From: Bacteroidia bacterium
Lineage (GTDB): Bacteria; Bacteroidota; Bacteroidia; DATLTG01
Assembly (NCBI GenBank): GCA_039924845.1
Contig: JBDTAC010000073.1
Location: 8,614-72,613 of the forward strand
DNA length: 64,000 nucleotides
Direction of reading: 5' to 3'
Below are positions 1-9,680 of the stretch, one piece after another. The notes below the pieces were generated by a model. The model was not told the DNA's origin. It searched no databases and worked only from the letters and a program-made list of their open reading frames with translations. Position 1 is the stretch's first letter. Every line of letters begins with the position of its first letter. The position numbers and the translations under genes were made by a program.

Positions 1-305
1 ATGTTTTTGCGATGAGCTCTGAAGAAGAAGGTTTGGGTAGTAGCGTTTTGGATGCCTTTATTTACAAGGTTTCGGTGGCAAGTACAAATGCTGGAGGATT
101 AAACGAATTGATTTCTGGAAGAGGGTTGGTTTCAGAAAAGAAAGATGCAAAAATGCTCGCAAAAAATATTTCGGAGCTGCTCGATAATCAAAATTTGAAA
201 AATGAATTGACTGAAAAAGCTTTTCTTTATGCTTCTGAAAGACATTCCATTCCCGCCATTACTGCCGAATATATAAGTGTTTTCGAAAAATTACTTTCCA
301 AGTAA
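1..305 (+). CDS. C-terminal fragment of a family 1/4 glycosyltransferase; the 5' end lies beyond the window start
   Basis: Open frame from position 3 to the stop at 305. The tail residues resemble GT1-fold C-termini. It is convergent with, and overlaps by 15 bp, the GT2 gene on the minus strand. Confidence 0.45.
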   Translation, partial: VFAMSSEEEGLGSSVLDAFIYKVSVASTNAGGLNELISGRGLVSEKKDAKMLAKNISELLDNQNLKNELTEKAFLYASERHSIPAITAEYISVFEKLLSK

Positions 306-1049
306 TTGCAATTTTTTATATTTCAAATACGTGTGTTTGGCTGAAATTTTACTGATGACAAATCCGTAATAACCATCCAAAAATCCTAAACGAATAAAAT
401 AACTACTGATAAATTTTGCAATCGGATTGAAATAAATAGTTGTGAAATTGGCTTTGTTTCCTTTGATATATAAGGCTTTTGAGGCAATATCGCTGAAATA
501 ATTTATTTGTTTGATATGATCTTCAATCGTGTAGAAACTATAATGTAAAATATCGCCTTGCAAAAATCCAAGTCTTGAATTTTTATTTTCCATTTCATAT
601 TTATCGTGTGGATTTGTGCCGCCCCATTTGCCTTTCCGACTATCCCACAAACGCATTTTTTTATCTGGATACCAGCCGCAATGCCTAATCCACTTCCCGC
701 AATAATTAGTCAAACGATTCATTTCATAACCATCAAACTGCCAATTCTTTTTAGCATCCGAAATATTTTTTTTCAAATTTTCGTCTAATGCTTCATCGGC
801 ATCTAATGATAAAATATGTGGATAAAGCGCTTGCGTAATCGCCCAATTTTTTTGTTCGATGTGCCCATCAAATTTATGAGAGATAAATCGCGCCTCGTAT
901 TTGCTACAAATTTCTTCCGTTTTATCAGTTGAAAAAGAGTCCACCACTACAATATCATCGGCAATATCTTTCACGGACGACAAACATCTTTCGATATTTA
1001 TTTCTTCGTTAAAGGCAATGATAACAACGGATAATTTTATTTCGTTCAT
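291..1049 (-). CDS. family 2 glycosyltransferase (GT-A fold)
   Basis: 252 aa. N-terminus LSVVIIAFNEE...DDIVVVDSFSTD...LDADE shows the typical GT2 DxD/nucleotide-binding signature. Confidence 0.8.
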   Translation of the reverse strand: MNEIKLSVVIIAFNEEINIERCLSSVKDIADDIVVVDSFSTDKTEEICSKYEARFISHKFDGHIEQKNWAITQALYPHILSLDADEALDENLKKNISDAKKNWQFDGYEMNRLTNYCGKWIRHCGWYPDKKMRLWDSRKGKWGGTNPHDKYEMENKNSRLGFLQGDILHYSFYTIEDHIKQINYFSDIASKALYIKGNKANFTTIYFNPIAKFISSYFIRLGFLDGYYGFVISKISAKHTYLKYKKLQLLGK

Positions 1050-1165
1050 CTTATTTTGTGAAACAAATGTACTATATAAAGGGAAATGAAACGTCCGAAA
1101 TTAGCGTTTGAAAAATTATTTTTTGAAAGCCTCTTTTGCATTATATCGTATATTTGTTTTGATTT

Positions 1166-2071
1166 ATGGAAGCCATTCAACAATTGATAAAATCTTTTAA
1201 AGCGGGCGATGCGAAAGCGTTGGCGCGTTGCATCACCATTGTTGAAAACGAATTAGAAGGACATTCGGAAATTTTAGCATCGCTAACGTTTACTAAAAAT
1301 ACACCTTTGATTGGCATTACTGGTCCACCAGGTGCAGGGAAAAGCACTCTCGTAAATGCGGTGATTTCGAAATTATCAGAACAAAAAAAGAAAATCGGAA
1401 TTGTTGCCATTGATCCTACATCGCCTTTTAATTACGGTTCTTTACTCGGAGATCGCCTACGAATGAGCGAACATTTTACGGATGAAAATATTTTTATTCG
1501 TTCGCTTGCTACGCGCGGATCGCTCGGTGGGTTGTCTGCTAAAACCATAGAAATTACAGATGTGATGCGTGCTTTCGGTTTTGATTATGTGTTTGTGGAA
1601 ACGGTGGGCGTGGGACAATCGGAAGTAGAGATTGCGGGTTTGGCGGACACGACGGTGCTTGTGTTGGTTCCAGAATCGGGCGATGATATACAAACCAGTA
1701 AATCTGGAATTATGGAGATTGCTGATATTTTTGTAGTGAATAAATCCGACAGAGAAGGCGCAGATATTTTTATGAAAAACCTGAAGCAATCTGTTGTTTC
1801 TAAAAGCGATTGGCACATTCCGATTTTAAAAACGATTGCTTCTCAAAATATTGGAATTATTGAGCTTGTAACTGCAATTGAGCAACATTTTAAAATAGGA
1901 ATTACCAACGAAAAAAAAATATTTTTGTTAGCTGAGAAAGCCTATAAATTGATACAATACGAGCGGATGAAAACGGTTTCTAAAAAAGAATTGCAAAATA
2001 AAATTTCTGTAAAAATAAAATTTCCTGATTTTAATTTGTATTGTTTTGTGAAGGATTTTTTCGCAGAATAA
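1166..2071 (+). CDS. meaB: methylmalonyl-CoA mutase-associated GTPase MeaB/ArgK
   Basis: 301 aa. P-loop GITGPPGAGKSTL, then the VETVGVGQSE and NKSD motifs characteristic of the MeaB/ArgK G3E GTPases. Confidence 0.85.
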   Translation: MEAIQQLIKSFKAGDAKALARCITIVENELEGHSEILASLTFTKNTPLIGITGPPGAGKSTLVNAVISKLSEQKKKIGIVAIDPTSPFNYGSLLGDRLRMSEHFTDENIFIRSLATRGSLGGLSAKTIEITDVMRAFGFDYVFVETVGVGQSEVEIAGLADTTVLVLVPESGDDIQTSKSGIMEIADIFVVNKSDREGADIFMKNLKQSVVSKSDWHIPILKTIASQNIGIIELVTAIEQHFKIGITNEKKIFLLAEKAYKLIQYERMKTVSKKELQNKISVKIKFPDFNLYCFVKDFFAE

Positions 2072-2184
2072 TTCTCCGGAAATAGTGCTTCGAAAAATTA
2101 TTTTTTTGAACGTGTTTTTTCTTCTCCTTTACAGCGTGCGAATCAGCGCTTATTTTCCTTACTTTTGAAAAAAATAAAATAATT

Positions 2185-3054
2185 ATGTTAAAATCTATGA
2201 CCGGTTTTGGAAAATCAAGTATTGATTTTTCTGAAAAAAAAATTTCTGTTGAGATGCGCTCTTTAAACAGCAAACAATTAGATCTAAGCGTTCGCATGCC
2301 AGGACGATACAAGGCGAAAGAAACAGAATTACGTTCGGAATTGGGAAAAATTCTCGATCGCGGAAAAGTGGATGTCGTAATTTATACCGAAGAAGAAGAG
2401 CGCGAAAAAAAATTTTCTGTCAATAAAGTATTAGCTAAACAATATTTTGACGAGTTGAAAGCCTTGGAAACAGAGCTGGATCAAACACCTCAAAATTATT
2501 TATCGGTGATTTTAAAAATGCCAGATGTATTGCAAGTAGAAAATTCAGAGCCAGATGAAAGCGAATGGTCTTCGGTAATGATTGCCGTAAAAGCAGCAGC
2601 TGAAAAATTAAATGAATTTCGCGGAGACGAAGGAAAGGTATTGGCGCAAGAGCTCGGAAAAAGAATTGAGAATATTTTGAAAGGTCTGAAAGACGTAGAA
2701 GAAGCTGATCCTTTAAGGATAAAAAAAATCAGAGATCGAATTCAAAAAAATATTTCTGAAGTTGTTGTTGTAGATAAAATAGATCATAACCGTTTCGAAC
2801 AAGAAATGATTTATTACGTTGAAAAAATTGATATCACAGAAGAAAAAGTGCGCCTAAAAACACATTGTAATTATTTTACGACAACGATGCAAGAGCCTTC
2901 TTGCGGAAGGAAACTCGGATTTATTTCCCAAGAAATTGGTCGCGAAATTAACACCATTGGCTCGAAAGCAAATGATGTAAGCATTCAAAAAATAATTGTT
3001 CAGATGAAAGATGAATTGGAAAAAATTAAAGAACAATCGCTAAACGTTTTGTAA
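2185..3054 (+). CDS. yicC: YicC family stress-induced protein
   Basis: 289 aa. N-terminal M(L)KSMTGFG motif and C-terminal region typical of YicC/TIGR00255. Sits directly upstream of gmk, the conserved arrangement. Confidence 0.85.
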   Translation: MLKSMTGFGKSSIDFSEKKISVEMRSLNSKQLDLSVRMPGRYKAKETELRSELGKILDRGKVDVVIYTEEEEREKKFSVNKVLAKQYFDELKALETELDQTPQNYLSVILKMPDVLQVENSEPDESEWSSVMIAVKAAAEKLNEFRGDEGKVLAQELGKRIENILKGLKDVEEADPLRIKKIRDRIQKNISEVVVVDKIDHNRFEQEMIYYVEKIDITEEKVRLKTHCNYFTTTMQEPSCGRKLGFISQEIGREINTIGSKANDVSIQKIIVQMKDELEKIKEQSLNVL

Positions 3055-3055
3055 A

Positions 3056-3619
3056 ATGAACGGTAAATTAATTATTTTTTCAGCTCCTTCCGGTGCAGGA
3101 AAAACAACCATTGTACATCATTTATTGAAAGTAAATTCTTTGTTGGAATTTTCCGTTTCGGCTTGTAGTAGAGCCAAAAGAGGAACTGAAAAAAATGGCG
3201 CGGATTATTATTTTTTAAGTGTAGAAGAATTTAAAAAACGAATCGAAAACAATGAATTTATTGAGTGGGAAGAAGTATATGAAAATCATTTTTATGGAAC
3301 ACTTCGCAGTGAAATTGAGCGTATTTGGAAAATGGGCAAACACGTTATTTTTGATGTGGATGTAGACGGAGGATTGAATTTGAAAAAACAATTTGGTGCG
3401 CAAGCATTGGCTATTTTTGTGATGCCGCCTTCCATTGCCAGTTTAGAAAAACGATTGAAAGGAAGAAAAACAGAAACGCCGGAAAGTATTGCCAGACGTA
3501 CTGCTAAAGCAGTTGTAGAATTAGAAAAAGCACACTTGTTTGATAAAATTTTATTGAATGAACATTTGCATATTGCCTTCGCGGAAGCAGAAAAATTAGT
3601 GAACGAATTTTTAACCTGA
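3056..3619 (+). CDS. gmk: guanylate kinase
   Basis: 187 aa. GKLIIFSAPSGAGKTT P-loop and a guanylate kinase fold. The gene starts 2 bp after the yicC stop. Confidence 0.9.
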   Translation: MNGKLIIFSAPSGAGKTTIVHHLLKVNSLLEFSVSACSRAKRGTEKNGADYYFLSVEEFKKRIENNEFIEWEEVYENHFYGTLRSEIERIWKMGKHVIFDVDVDGGLNLKKQFGAQALAIFVMPPSIASLEKRLKGRKTETPESIARRTAKAVVELEKAHLFDKILLNEHLHIAFAEAEKLVNEFLT

Positions 3620-3627
3620 TTTTTTAA

Positions 3628-4203
3628 ATGAAAATTGGACTTCTTTTCGGATCCTTCAACCCCATTCACGTTGGACACATGGTGATTGCCAATTACATGT
3701 TGGAATTTACCGATTTGGAACGCTTGTGGATTGTTGTTTCTCCGCATAATCCGCTGAAAGAAAAAAAAGGATTGTTAGCGAACAATCATCGCTTTGCCTT
3801 GGTACAAGAAGCAATTGGAGATCATCCAAAAATGAAAGCAAGTAAGATAGAATTTAATTTACCGCAGCCTTCATACACGATAAATACTCTTACCTATTTA
3901 AAAGAAAAACATCCAAAAGATGAATTTGTGTTGATTATGGGCAGCGATAATTTGAATACGTTTCATAAATGGAAAAATTACGAAAGCATTTTAGAAAATT
4001 ATCAGCTATACATTTATCCGCGCCCCAACGAAGTTGGAGATGATTTAAAAAATCATCCGAACGTAAAAATAACGGAAGCGCCGCTCATGGATATTTCTTC
4101 TTCTTTTATAAGAGAAGCCATTCGGAATAAAAAAAATGTCTCTCATTTTATGCCCGAACCCGTTGCACGTTACGTGCAGGAAATGAATTTCTACAAAAAA
4201 TAA
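3628..4203 (+). CDS. nadD: nicotinate-nucleotide adenylyltransferase
   Basis: 191 aa. GLLFGSFNPIHVGH (H/T-x-G-H nucleotidyltransferase motif) and an SxxxxR tail. Confidence 0.85.
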   Translation: MKIGLLFGSFNPIHVGHMVIANYMLEFTDLERLWIVVSPHNPLKEKKGLLANNHRFALVQEAIGDHPKMKASKIEFNLPQPSYTINTLTYLKEKHPKDEFVLIMGSDNLNTFHKWKNYESILENYQLYIYPRPNEVGDDLKNHPNVKITEAPLMDISSSFIREAIRNKKNVSHFMPEPVARYVQEMNFYKK

Positions 4204-4317
4204 AGAGCCGAAATTAGTCTTCAAAAAAATAATTTTTCAAAACACTTTTTCAAGTAAAAAAAAAGTTTTATTTTTACAGATATAGATTATTTTGATATCT
4301 CTTAAAAACCTAAAACC

Positions 4318-4662
4318 ATGAACGAAAAAATGCCATCCGTAACTTTAAAAAGAAAAAATATTTCTGCGCTGATAGAATATTGTTTAGACAATAAAATCGA
4401 TATGTCGGTTAAAGCGCAGGCCATTCAGCAAGATGAATTTGATATTGAATTCACTTCGCTCGATACGAAGAAAGCCATTTTACTCGGGATGTGCTTGCGC
4501 GATTTACGATTAGAATTGAACGGATTAAATACCTTGATGCCTTCGAAAGTGGCTAAAAAAACAATTCCTGCTAAAGAAATACCTGTTTCTAAAAAAGCGG
4601 AAAACAATGGAGCATTGGCTTTTGAAGAAAATTTAGAATTTAATTTAGAAGGTGCGAATTAA
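4318..4662 (+). CDS. hypothetical protein
   Basis: 114-aa ORF with no recognisable motif. It is followed by the palindromic terminator at 4679-4712. Confidence 0.4.
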   Translation: MNEKMPSVTLKRKNISALIEYCLDNKIDMSVKAQAIQQDEFDIEFTSLDTKKAILLGMCLRDLRLELNGLNTLMPSKVAKKTIPAKEIPVSKKAENNGALAFEENLEFNLEGAN

Positions 4663-4678
4663 TTTTTGCATTCATTTT

Positions 4679-4712
4679 TAAGGCTTCGAAAAATTAATTT
4701 TTCGAAGCCTTA
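4679..4712. terminator. bidirectional hairpin terminator, perfect 34-bp palindrome taaggcttcgaaaaattaatttttcgaagcctta
   Basis: Perfect inverted repeat with G/C-containing outer arms and an AAAAATTAATTTTT centre. It lies between the convergent hypothetical gene and dxs. Confidence 0.7.
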
Positions 4713-4716
4713 TTCT

Positions 4717-6672
4717 TTAAACAACCATTGCTTTGTTGTTCATTCCAATCATCTCCATTGCAGCATTTACAATACCTTCTGGATGATATCCACATTCGGT
4801 GTGAAGCTCCATTTGTTCCCCGTGTTCAATTACTCTATCGGGAATTCCCAATCGTTTTACTTGCGCAGAATAATTATTGTCTGCCATAAATTCAATCACG
4901 GCACTACCCATTCCGCCCATCACACAGCCATCTTCCACCGTAATTACTTTATTGAATTTAGAAAAAACTTCGTGTAATAATTTTTCATCAATCGGTTTTA
5001 CAAAACGCATATCGTAATGCGCTGCGCTGATACCTTTTTTCTCCAATTGTTTGCAAGCGTCCAACGCATAATTTCCCACATGACCAATCGTTAAAATTGC
5101 CAGATCCTCTCCATTCTTAATAGTTCTGGCTTTACCAATTTCTATCTCCGAAAAATCTTTTTTCCAATCAGGCATCACACCATTTCCACGCGGATAGCGA
5201 ATAGAAAATGGAGATTTTATTTTTTCTAACTGTGCTGTGTACATTAAATTTCGGAGCTCTTCTTCGTTCATTGGAGCGGAAACAATCATGTTTGGAATGC
5301 AGCGGAAATAAGCTAAATCGTAAGCTCCGTGATGCGTTGCGCCATCTGAACCTGCAATTCCACCTCTATCCAAACAAAAAACAACGTGCAAATTTTGAAT
5401 CGCCACATCGTGAATTACCTGATCGTAGGCACGTTGCATAAACGTAGAATAAATATTGCAAAAAGGCACTAAGCCTTGTGTAGCAAGCCCTGCAGAAAAT
5501 GTAACAGCGTGTTGTTCGGCAATCCCAACATCAAAAGCCCTTTCAGGCATCGCTTTCATCATAATATTCAAAGAACAACCAGAAGGCATTGCTGGGGTAA
5601 TCCCCATTATTTTAAGGTTTTTTTCTGCCAATTCCACCAAGGTATGTCCAAAAACATCTTGGTATTTGGGAGCTTGCGGCTCTTTCGGAATAATTTTAAT
5701 AATCTCACCGGTTTCTTTATTGAACAATCCGGGCGAATGCCAAATGGTTTGATTTCCTTCTTCCGAAAATTTATACCCTTTCCCTTTCATCGTCAAACAA
5801 TGCAAAATTTTAGGACCAGGAATATTTTTTAAATCTTCTAAAATTTTTGTCATTCGGATAACATCGTGTCCGTCAATCGGACCGAAATAACGGAATTTCA
5901 AGGATTCGAAAAGATTACTTTGTTTGAGCAAAGAAGATTTAATACCATTTTCTACTTTGGCAACAATTTCGCGCGCGCCAGGTCCGAATTTGCTAATTTT
6001 TCCGAGTAAATTCCACACTTCATCTTTTACTTTATTATAGGTATGCGAAGTGGTAATGTCCGTTAAATATTCGCGTAAAGCGCCCACATTCGGATCAATG
6101 GACATGCAATTATCATTGAGAATTACCAACAAATTAGAATTCTCGATACCCGCGTGGTTCAAGCCTTCAAAGGCAAGTCCGCCAGTCATCGCGCCATCGC
6201 CGATAATAGCAATGTGTTGACGATCATTTTCTTTTTTATAATGCGAAGCCACAGCCATACCAAGCGCTGCAGAGATAGAAGTAGACGAATGTCCTACACC
6301 AAATGTATCGTATTCACTTTCGCTGCGTTTCGGAAAACCGCTAATACCATGATAAATACGGTTAGTGTGAAAATTTTTTCGGCGACCTGTTAAAATTTTA
6401 TGTCCGTAAGCTTGATGTCCAACGTCCCAAACCAATTGATCGTAAGGCGTATTGAAAATATAATGCAAAGCAACGGTAAGCTCCACTACGCCTAAGCTGG
6501 CGCCGAAATGCCCGCCTTTTTTAGAAACCAAATCAATGATGTATTGACGAAGCTCGTCGCAAACTTGCGGCAATTCTTCTTCTTTTAATTTTCGTAAATC
6601 AGCAGGAACAACAATGTTTTCCAGTAATTTTCCGGTTTTAAAATCCATCTGTTTTCGTGTAATAGTATGCAA
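4717..6672 (-). CDS. dxs: 1-deoxy-D-xylulose-5-phosphate synthase
   Basis: 651 aa with the GHFGASLGVVELTVALHY TPP-binding signature and DXS domain order. The true start may be the internal Met 8 codons downstream. Confidence 0.9.
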   Translation of the reverse strand: MHTITRKQMDFKTGKLLENIVVPADLRKLKEEELPQVCDELRQYIIDLVSKKGGHFGASLGVVELTVALHYIFNTPYDQLVWDVGHQAYGHKILTGRRKNFHTNRIYHGISGFPKRSESEYDTFGVGHSSTSISAALGMAVASHYKKENDRQHIAIIGDGAMTGGLAFEGLNHAGIENSNLLVILNDNCMSIDPNVGALREYLTDITTSHTYNKVKDEVWNLLGKISKFGPGAREIVAKVENGIKSSLLKQSNLFESLKFRYFGPIDGHDVIRMTKILEDLKNIPGPKILHCLTMKGKGYKFSEEGNQTIWHSPGLFNKETGEIIKIIPKEPQAPKYQDVFGHTLVELAEKNLKIMGITPAMPSGCSLNIMMKAMPERAFDVGIAEQHAVTFSAGLATQGLVPFCNIYSTFMQRAYDQVIHDVAIQNLHVVFCLDRGGIAGSDGATHHGAYDLAYFRCIPNMIVSAPMNEEELRNLMYTAQLEKIKSPFSIRYPRGNGVMPDWKKDFSEIEIGKARTIKNGEDLAILTIGHVGNYALDACKQLEKKGISAAHYDMRFVKPIDEKLLHEVFSKFNKVITVEDGCVMGGMGSAVIEFMADNNYSAQVKRLGIPDRVIEHGEQMELHTECGYHPEGIVNAAMEMIGMNNKAMVV

Positions 6673-6807
6673 AGGTATGAAAATTTAATTTTTGCACGGG
6701 ACATTCTTCCATTGAAAAAATAGGCTTTGAAAAAATATTTTTTTGAAGGCATTATTTCTGTATCAAAAACTAATTCGAAGAAAAACTATCTTTGCAAAAA
6801 ATAAATC

Positions 6808-7776
6808 ATGAATCGTTTACTTACAGGCGTACAAAGCACAGGCATTCCACATCTCGGAAATTTACTCGGAGCCATTATTCCGGCAATTGAACTTTCTAAA
6901 AAAGGTGCGCACGAATCTTTTTTTTTCATTGCGGATATGCACTCGCTTACCACCGTTCGCAATTCTGAAACATTGAGAAACAACACGTACAGCACCGCAG
7001 CGGCGTGGCTTGCTTTTGGTTTCGATACCGAAAAAAATGTTTTTTACAGACAGTCCGATGTAACGGAAGTATGCGAATTGACTTGGATTTTAAGCTGTTT
7101 AACACCTTTTCCGATGTTGGCAAACGCACATTCTTTTAAAGATAAATCAAATCGTTTGGCGGATGTAAATGCTGGATTATTTACCTATCCAGTTTTGATG
7201 ACGGCAGATATTATTTTGTACGATGCCAACATTGTTCCTGTGGGGAAAGATCAATTGCAACACCTCGAAATGGCGCGCGATATTGCCGGAGTTTTTAATC
7301 GTACGTATGGAGAAACATTTGTTATTCCAGAACCGATGATTGATGCAAAAGTGATGATTGTGCCTGGTATCGACGGACAAAAAATGAGTAAATCGTATAA
7401 TAATTTTATCAATATTTTCTTACCAGATAAGGAGTTGAAAAAAATTATTTTATCCATTAAAACCGATACTACTCCTTTAGAAGCACCAAAAAATCCGGAT
7501 ACGTGTAACGTGTTTGCACTATATCAATTAATGGCATCAGAAACGCAAATTGCCGAAATGAAAGCGAATTATTTGAAAGGCGGATACGGTTACGGAACTG
7601 CTAAACAAGCGCTTTTTGAACTCATCGTCGAAAAATATAAAAACGAACGCGCATTGTTTCTTCATTACATGAACAACACAACCGAAATAGAAAAAAAACT
7701 TCAACAAGGCGCTATTAAAGCAAAAGCTGTCGCGCAACAAACATTAAAAAAAGTACGCGAAAAAGTGGGATACTAA
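6808..7776 (+). CDS. trpS: tryptophan--tRNA ligase
   Basis: 322 aa. HIGH-like GIPHLGN motif plus KMSKS: class I aminoacyl-tRNA synthetase, TrpS length. Confidence 0.9.
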   Translation: MNRLLTGVQSTGIPHLGNLLGAIIPAIELSKKGAHESFFFIADMHSLTTVRNSETLRNNTYSTAAAWLAFGFDTEKNVFYRQSDVTEVCELTWILSCLTPFPMLANAHSFKDKSNRLADVNAGLFTYPVLMTADIILYDANIVPVGKDQLQHLEMARDIAGVFNRTYGETFVIPEPMIDAKVMIVPGIDGQKMSKSYNNFINIFLPDKELKKIILSIKTDTTPLEAPKNPDTCNVFALYQLMASETQIAEMKANYLKGGYGYGTAKQALFELIVEKYKNERALFLHYMNNTTEIEKKLQQGAIKAKAVAQQTLKKVREKVGY

Positions 7777-7845
7777 AATTCGATTTGAAAATTTGCTGAT
7801 GCTAATTGAAAATTGAGAATGGAAAATTGACAATTGAAAAAGCGT

Positions 7846-7877
7846 TGTCATTCTGAACGCAGTGAAGAATCTGCACG
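7846..7877. repeat. short hairpin repeat copy 1: tgtcATTCTgaacgcagtgaAGAATctgcacg
   Basis: Same flanks and 5-bp ATTCT/AGAAT stem as the copies at 22541-22564 (inverted), 22594-22620 and 25184-25215; the loops differ. Confidence 0.6.
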
Positions 7878-7899
7878 TTTGAAAAATATTTTTTCAAAC
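7877..7899. terminator. palindrome gtttgaaaaatattttttcaaac after trpS
   Basis: Perfect 23-bp inverted repeat with the conserved A/T core. An A-rich run precedes it and an imperfect hairpin (aaaaatcccgca..ttgcgagattttt) follows at 7911-7946, before the convergent peptidase gene. Confidence 0.55.
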
Positions 7900-7973
7900 A
7901 AGAAAAAACAAAAAAATCCCGCATTATTTATTGCGAGATTTTTCATTTGAAAAAATAATTTTTTGAACTATTT

Positions 7974-9500
7974 TTATTTAATGGCGCTTTGATAAAAATT
8001 TTCTGCATCCGTTTTTAATTTCGCATCATCGGCTTTGTTCACATATAACATGTGTCCAGAATTGTAATAAGTAAGCGAAATATTTTTTCTCACATCTTTG
8101 CGCAAACCCATGTGATCAACGGCGTATTCGGCATTAAAAAAGGGAGTTGCCAAATCGTAATAACCGCAACATATCATCACTTTTAAATACGGATTTTCAG
8201 TCATCGCATCACGCAACGTTTCAGAAACATCTAAATAACTATTCGAGCTGCCAAAACTCCAAGGCCACACATTGGTAAGGGCTTCGTACTGCATATCGCT
8301 TTTGTAACCCAAATCTTTACGGATGTATTCATTAAATACGCCGTTAAAAAGTCCGCTTACGCCTGAATAACTTGGATCGTAAGAAGGTGCTTCGCCTGCG
8401 TCATCGGCATCTTCGCCGGTGTAACGACTGTCGTAACGACCTACCGTTTTGCCATCATCGCGCAATAATTGCTTGAAAAATCGCCAATCTTGGATGCGTT
8501 CGTTTGCGCTTCGAATGTATTCTTTGCTCAGTCCAGTAAAATAATTAAGCGAGTCAATTACTTTGTTGGTAAGCTCTATAGGTGCTTGATCGCCCAATAC
8601 TAAAAAATAATTGTACGTGCCTTCCGCAAAAATTTTTGTCTTTTGCGCTAAATCTGAAGGGCTCATTGCTTCCAATTCTGGTGAAAGTTTTTTATGAAAT
8701 TGAGCCGTGGTAGCGTAGGTTGGCAGATACAGCACATACGGAATTTCGTTGCCTTTATTAAATTCTAAATATTGATAATTAAGTACCGACGAAATAAGCG
8801 TAATACCATTCAAATACATTCCATACTCATTTTGCAAATAGCCGGAAAGACCCGAAGCGCGCGTAGTTCCATAACTTTCTCCAGTCAAAAATTTCGGACT
8901 TCCCCAACGATCGTTACGCGTTGTATACAATCGGATAAAATCTCCAACAGAAGCAATGTCTTGCGCATATCCGTGAAAACGGCGCGGACTCACACCTTTG
9001 TTGGTACGACTGTAACCAGTAGATACCGGATCGATAAAAACAAGATCCGTAAAACCAATCCAAGAGTTTGGATTGTCACCGTAAGTGTAAGGAGGCGCTG
9101 GCATTCCGCCATTGTCATCTCCAAAATGCACTCGTATCGGACTAATTGCGCCCATGTGCAACCAAATTGACGAAGAGCCTGGACCGCCATTAAATGCAAA
9201 GGTTACAGGACGTTTTGCAGCGGGCGCATCGTTGGTATAAGCAATGTAAAATATCTTTGCGAGAAGTTTGCCTAAACTGTCTTTCATAGGCATATAGCCA
9301 GTTGTAGCGGTATAATTAATTTCTTTTCCATCTATTGTGATGTGATGATGCGTAATAACGGGCGGCGGAACGCTGTCGCTTTTGTCGTACATCGCGCTAG
9401 CGTCTACAGAATGCGATTTTTCGGTATTCTTTTGTGCATACGAATTGTAAAATCCGATAAAACTAAATAGACAAACGGAAAATAGAAGATTTTTTTTCAT
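7974..9500 (-). CDS. S10 family serine carboxypeptidase, secreted
   Basis: 508 aa. N-terminal signal peptide. GGPGSSS, GESYG and C-terminal His-region motifs of the S10 carboxypeptidase family. Confidence 0.8.
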   Translation of the reverse strand: MKKNLLFSVCLFSFIGFYNSYAQKNTEKSHSVDASAMYDKSDSVPPPVITHHHITIDGKEINYTATTGYMPMKDSLGKLLAKIFYIAYTNDAPAAKRPVTFAFNGGPGSSSIWLHMGAISPIRVHFGDDNGGMPAPPYTYGDNPNSWIGFTDLVFIDPVSTGYSRTNKGVSPRRFHGYAQDIASVGDFIRLYTTRNDRWGSPKFLTGESYGTTRASGLSGYLQNEYGMYLNGITLISSVLNYQYLEFNKGNEIPYVLYLPTYATTAQFHKKLSPELEAMSPSDLAQKTKIFAEGTYNYFLVLGDQAPIELTNKVIDSLNYFTGLSKEYIRSANERIQDWRFFKQLLRDDGKTVGRYDSRYTGEDADDAGEAPSYDPSYSGVSGLFNGVFNEYIRKDLGYKSDMQYEALTNVWPWSFGSSNSYLDVSETLRDAMTENPYLKVMICCGYYDLATPFFNAEYAVDHMGLRKDVRKNISLTYYNSGHMLYVNKADDAKLKTDAENFYQSAIK

Positions 9501-9680
9501 GAGAATAGATATATAAATAAAGGCTTTCGTGCAAATATAATTATATTTTTTATTGAAAAAATTTTCTGGCGAATACAGATTTTATCTTCGAAAAAATATT
9601 TTTTTGAAGACCTTTTTTTCGTTCAAAATTTCGTGTTTGAAAAAATTATTTTTAGAGCACGTAAAATCCACAAATAAATT

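Noticed and set aside
1177-1818. Antisense ORFs inside meaB (1177-1410, 1457-1816, 1585-1818 on the minus strand); similar ones lie inside most long genes (e.g. 5208-5832 in dxs, 20770-21669 in the antiporter, 8772-9199 in the peptidase, 63017-63976 in the W-repeat gene)
   Set aside because: They lie wholly within strongly supported CDSs on the opposite strand or in another frame, and their low-complexity composition is typical of shadow ORFs in AT-rich DNA.
7777-7845. Degenerate tandem aattgaaaatt(g) motifs between trpS and the hairpin repeat
   Set aside because: Short, imperfect and A/T-only; indistinguishable from slippage-generated low complexity.
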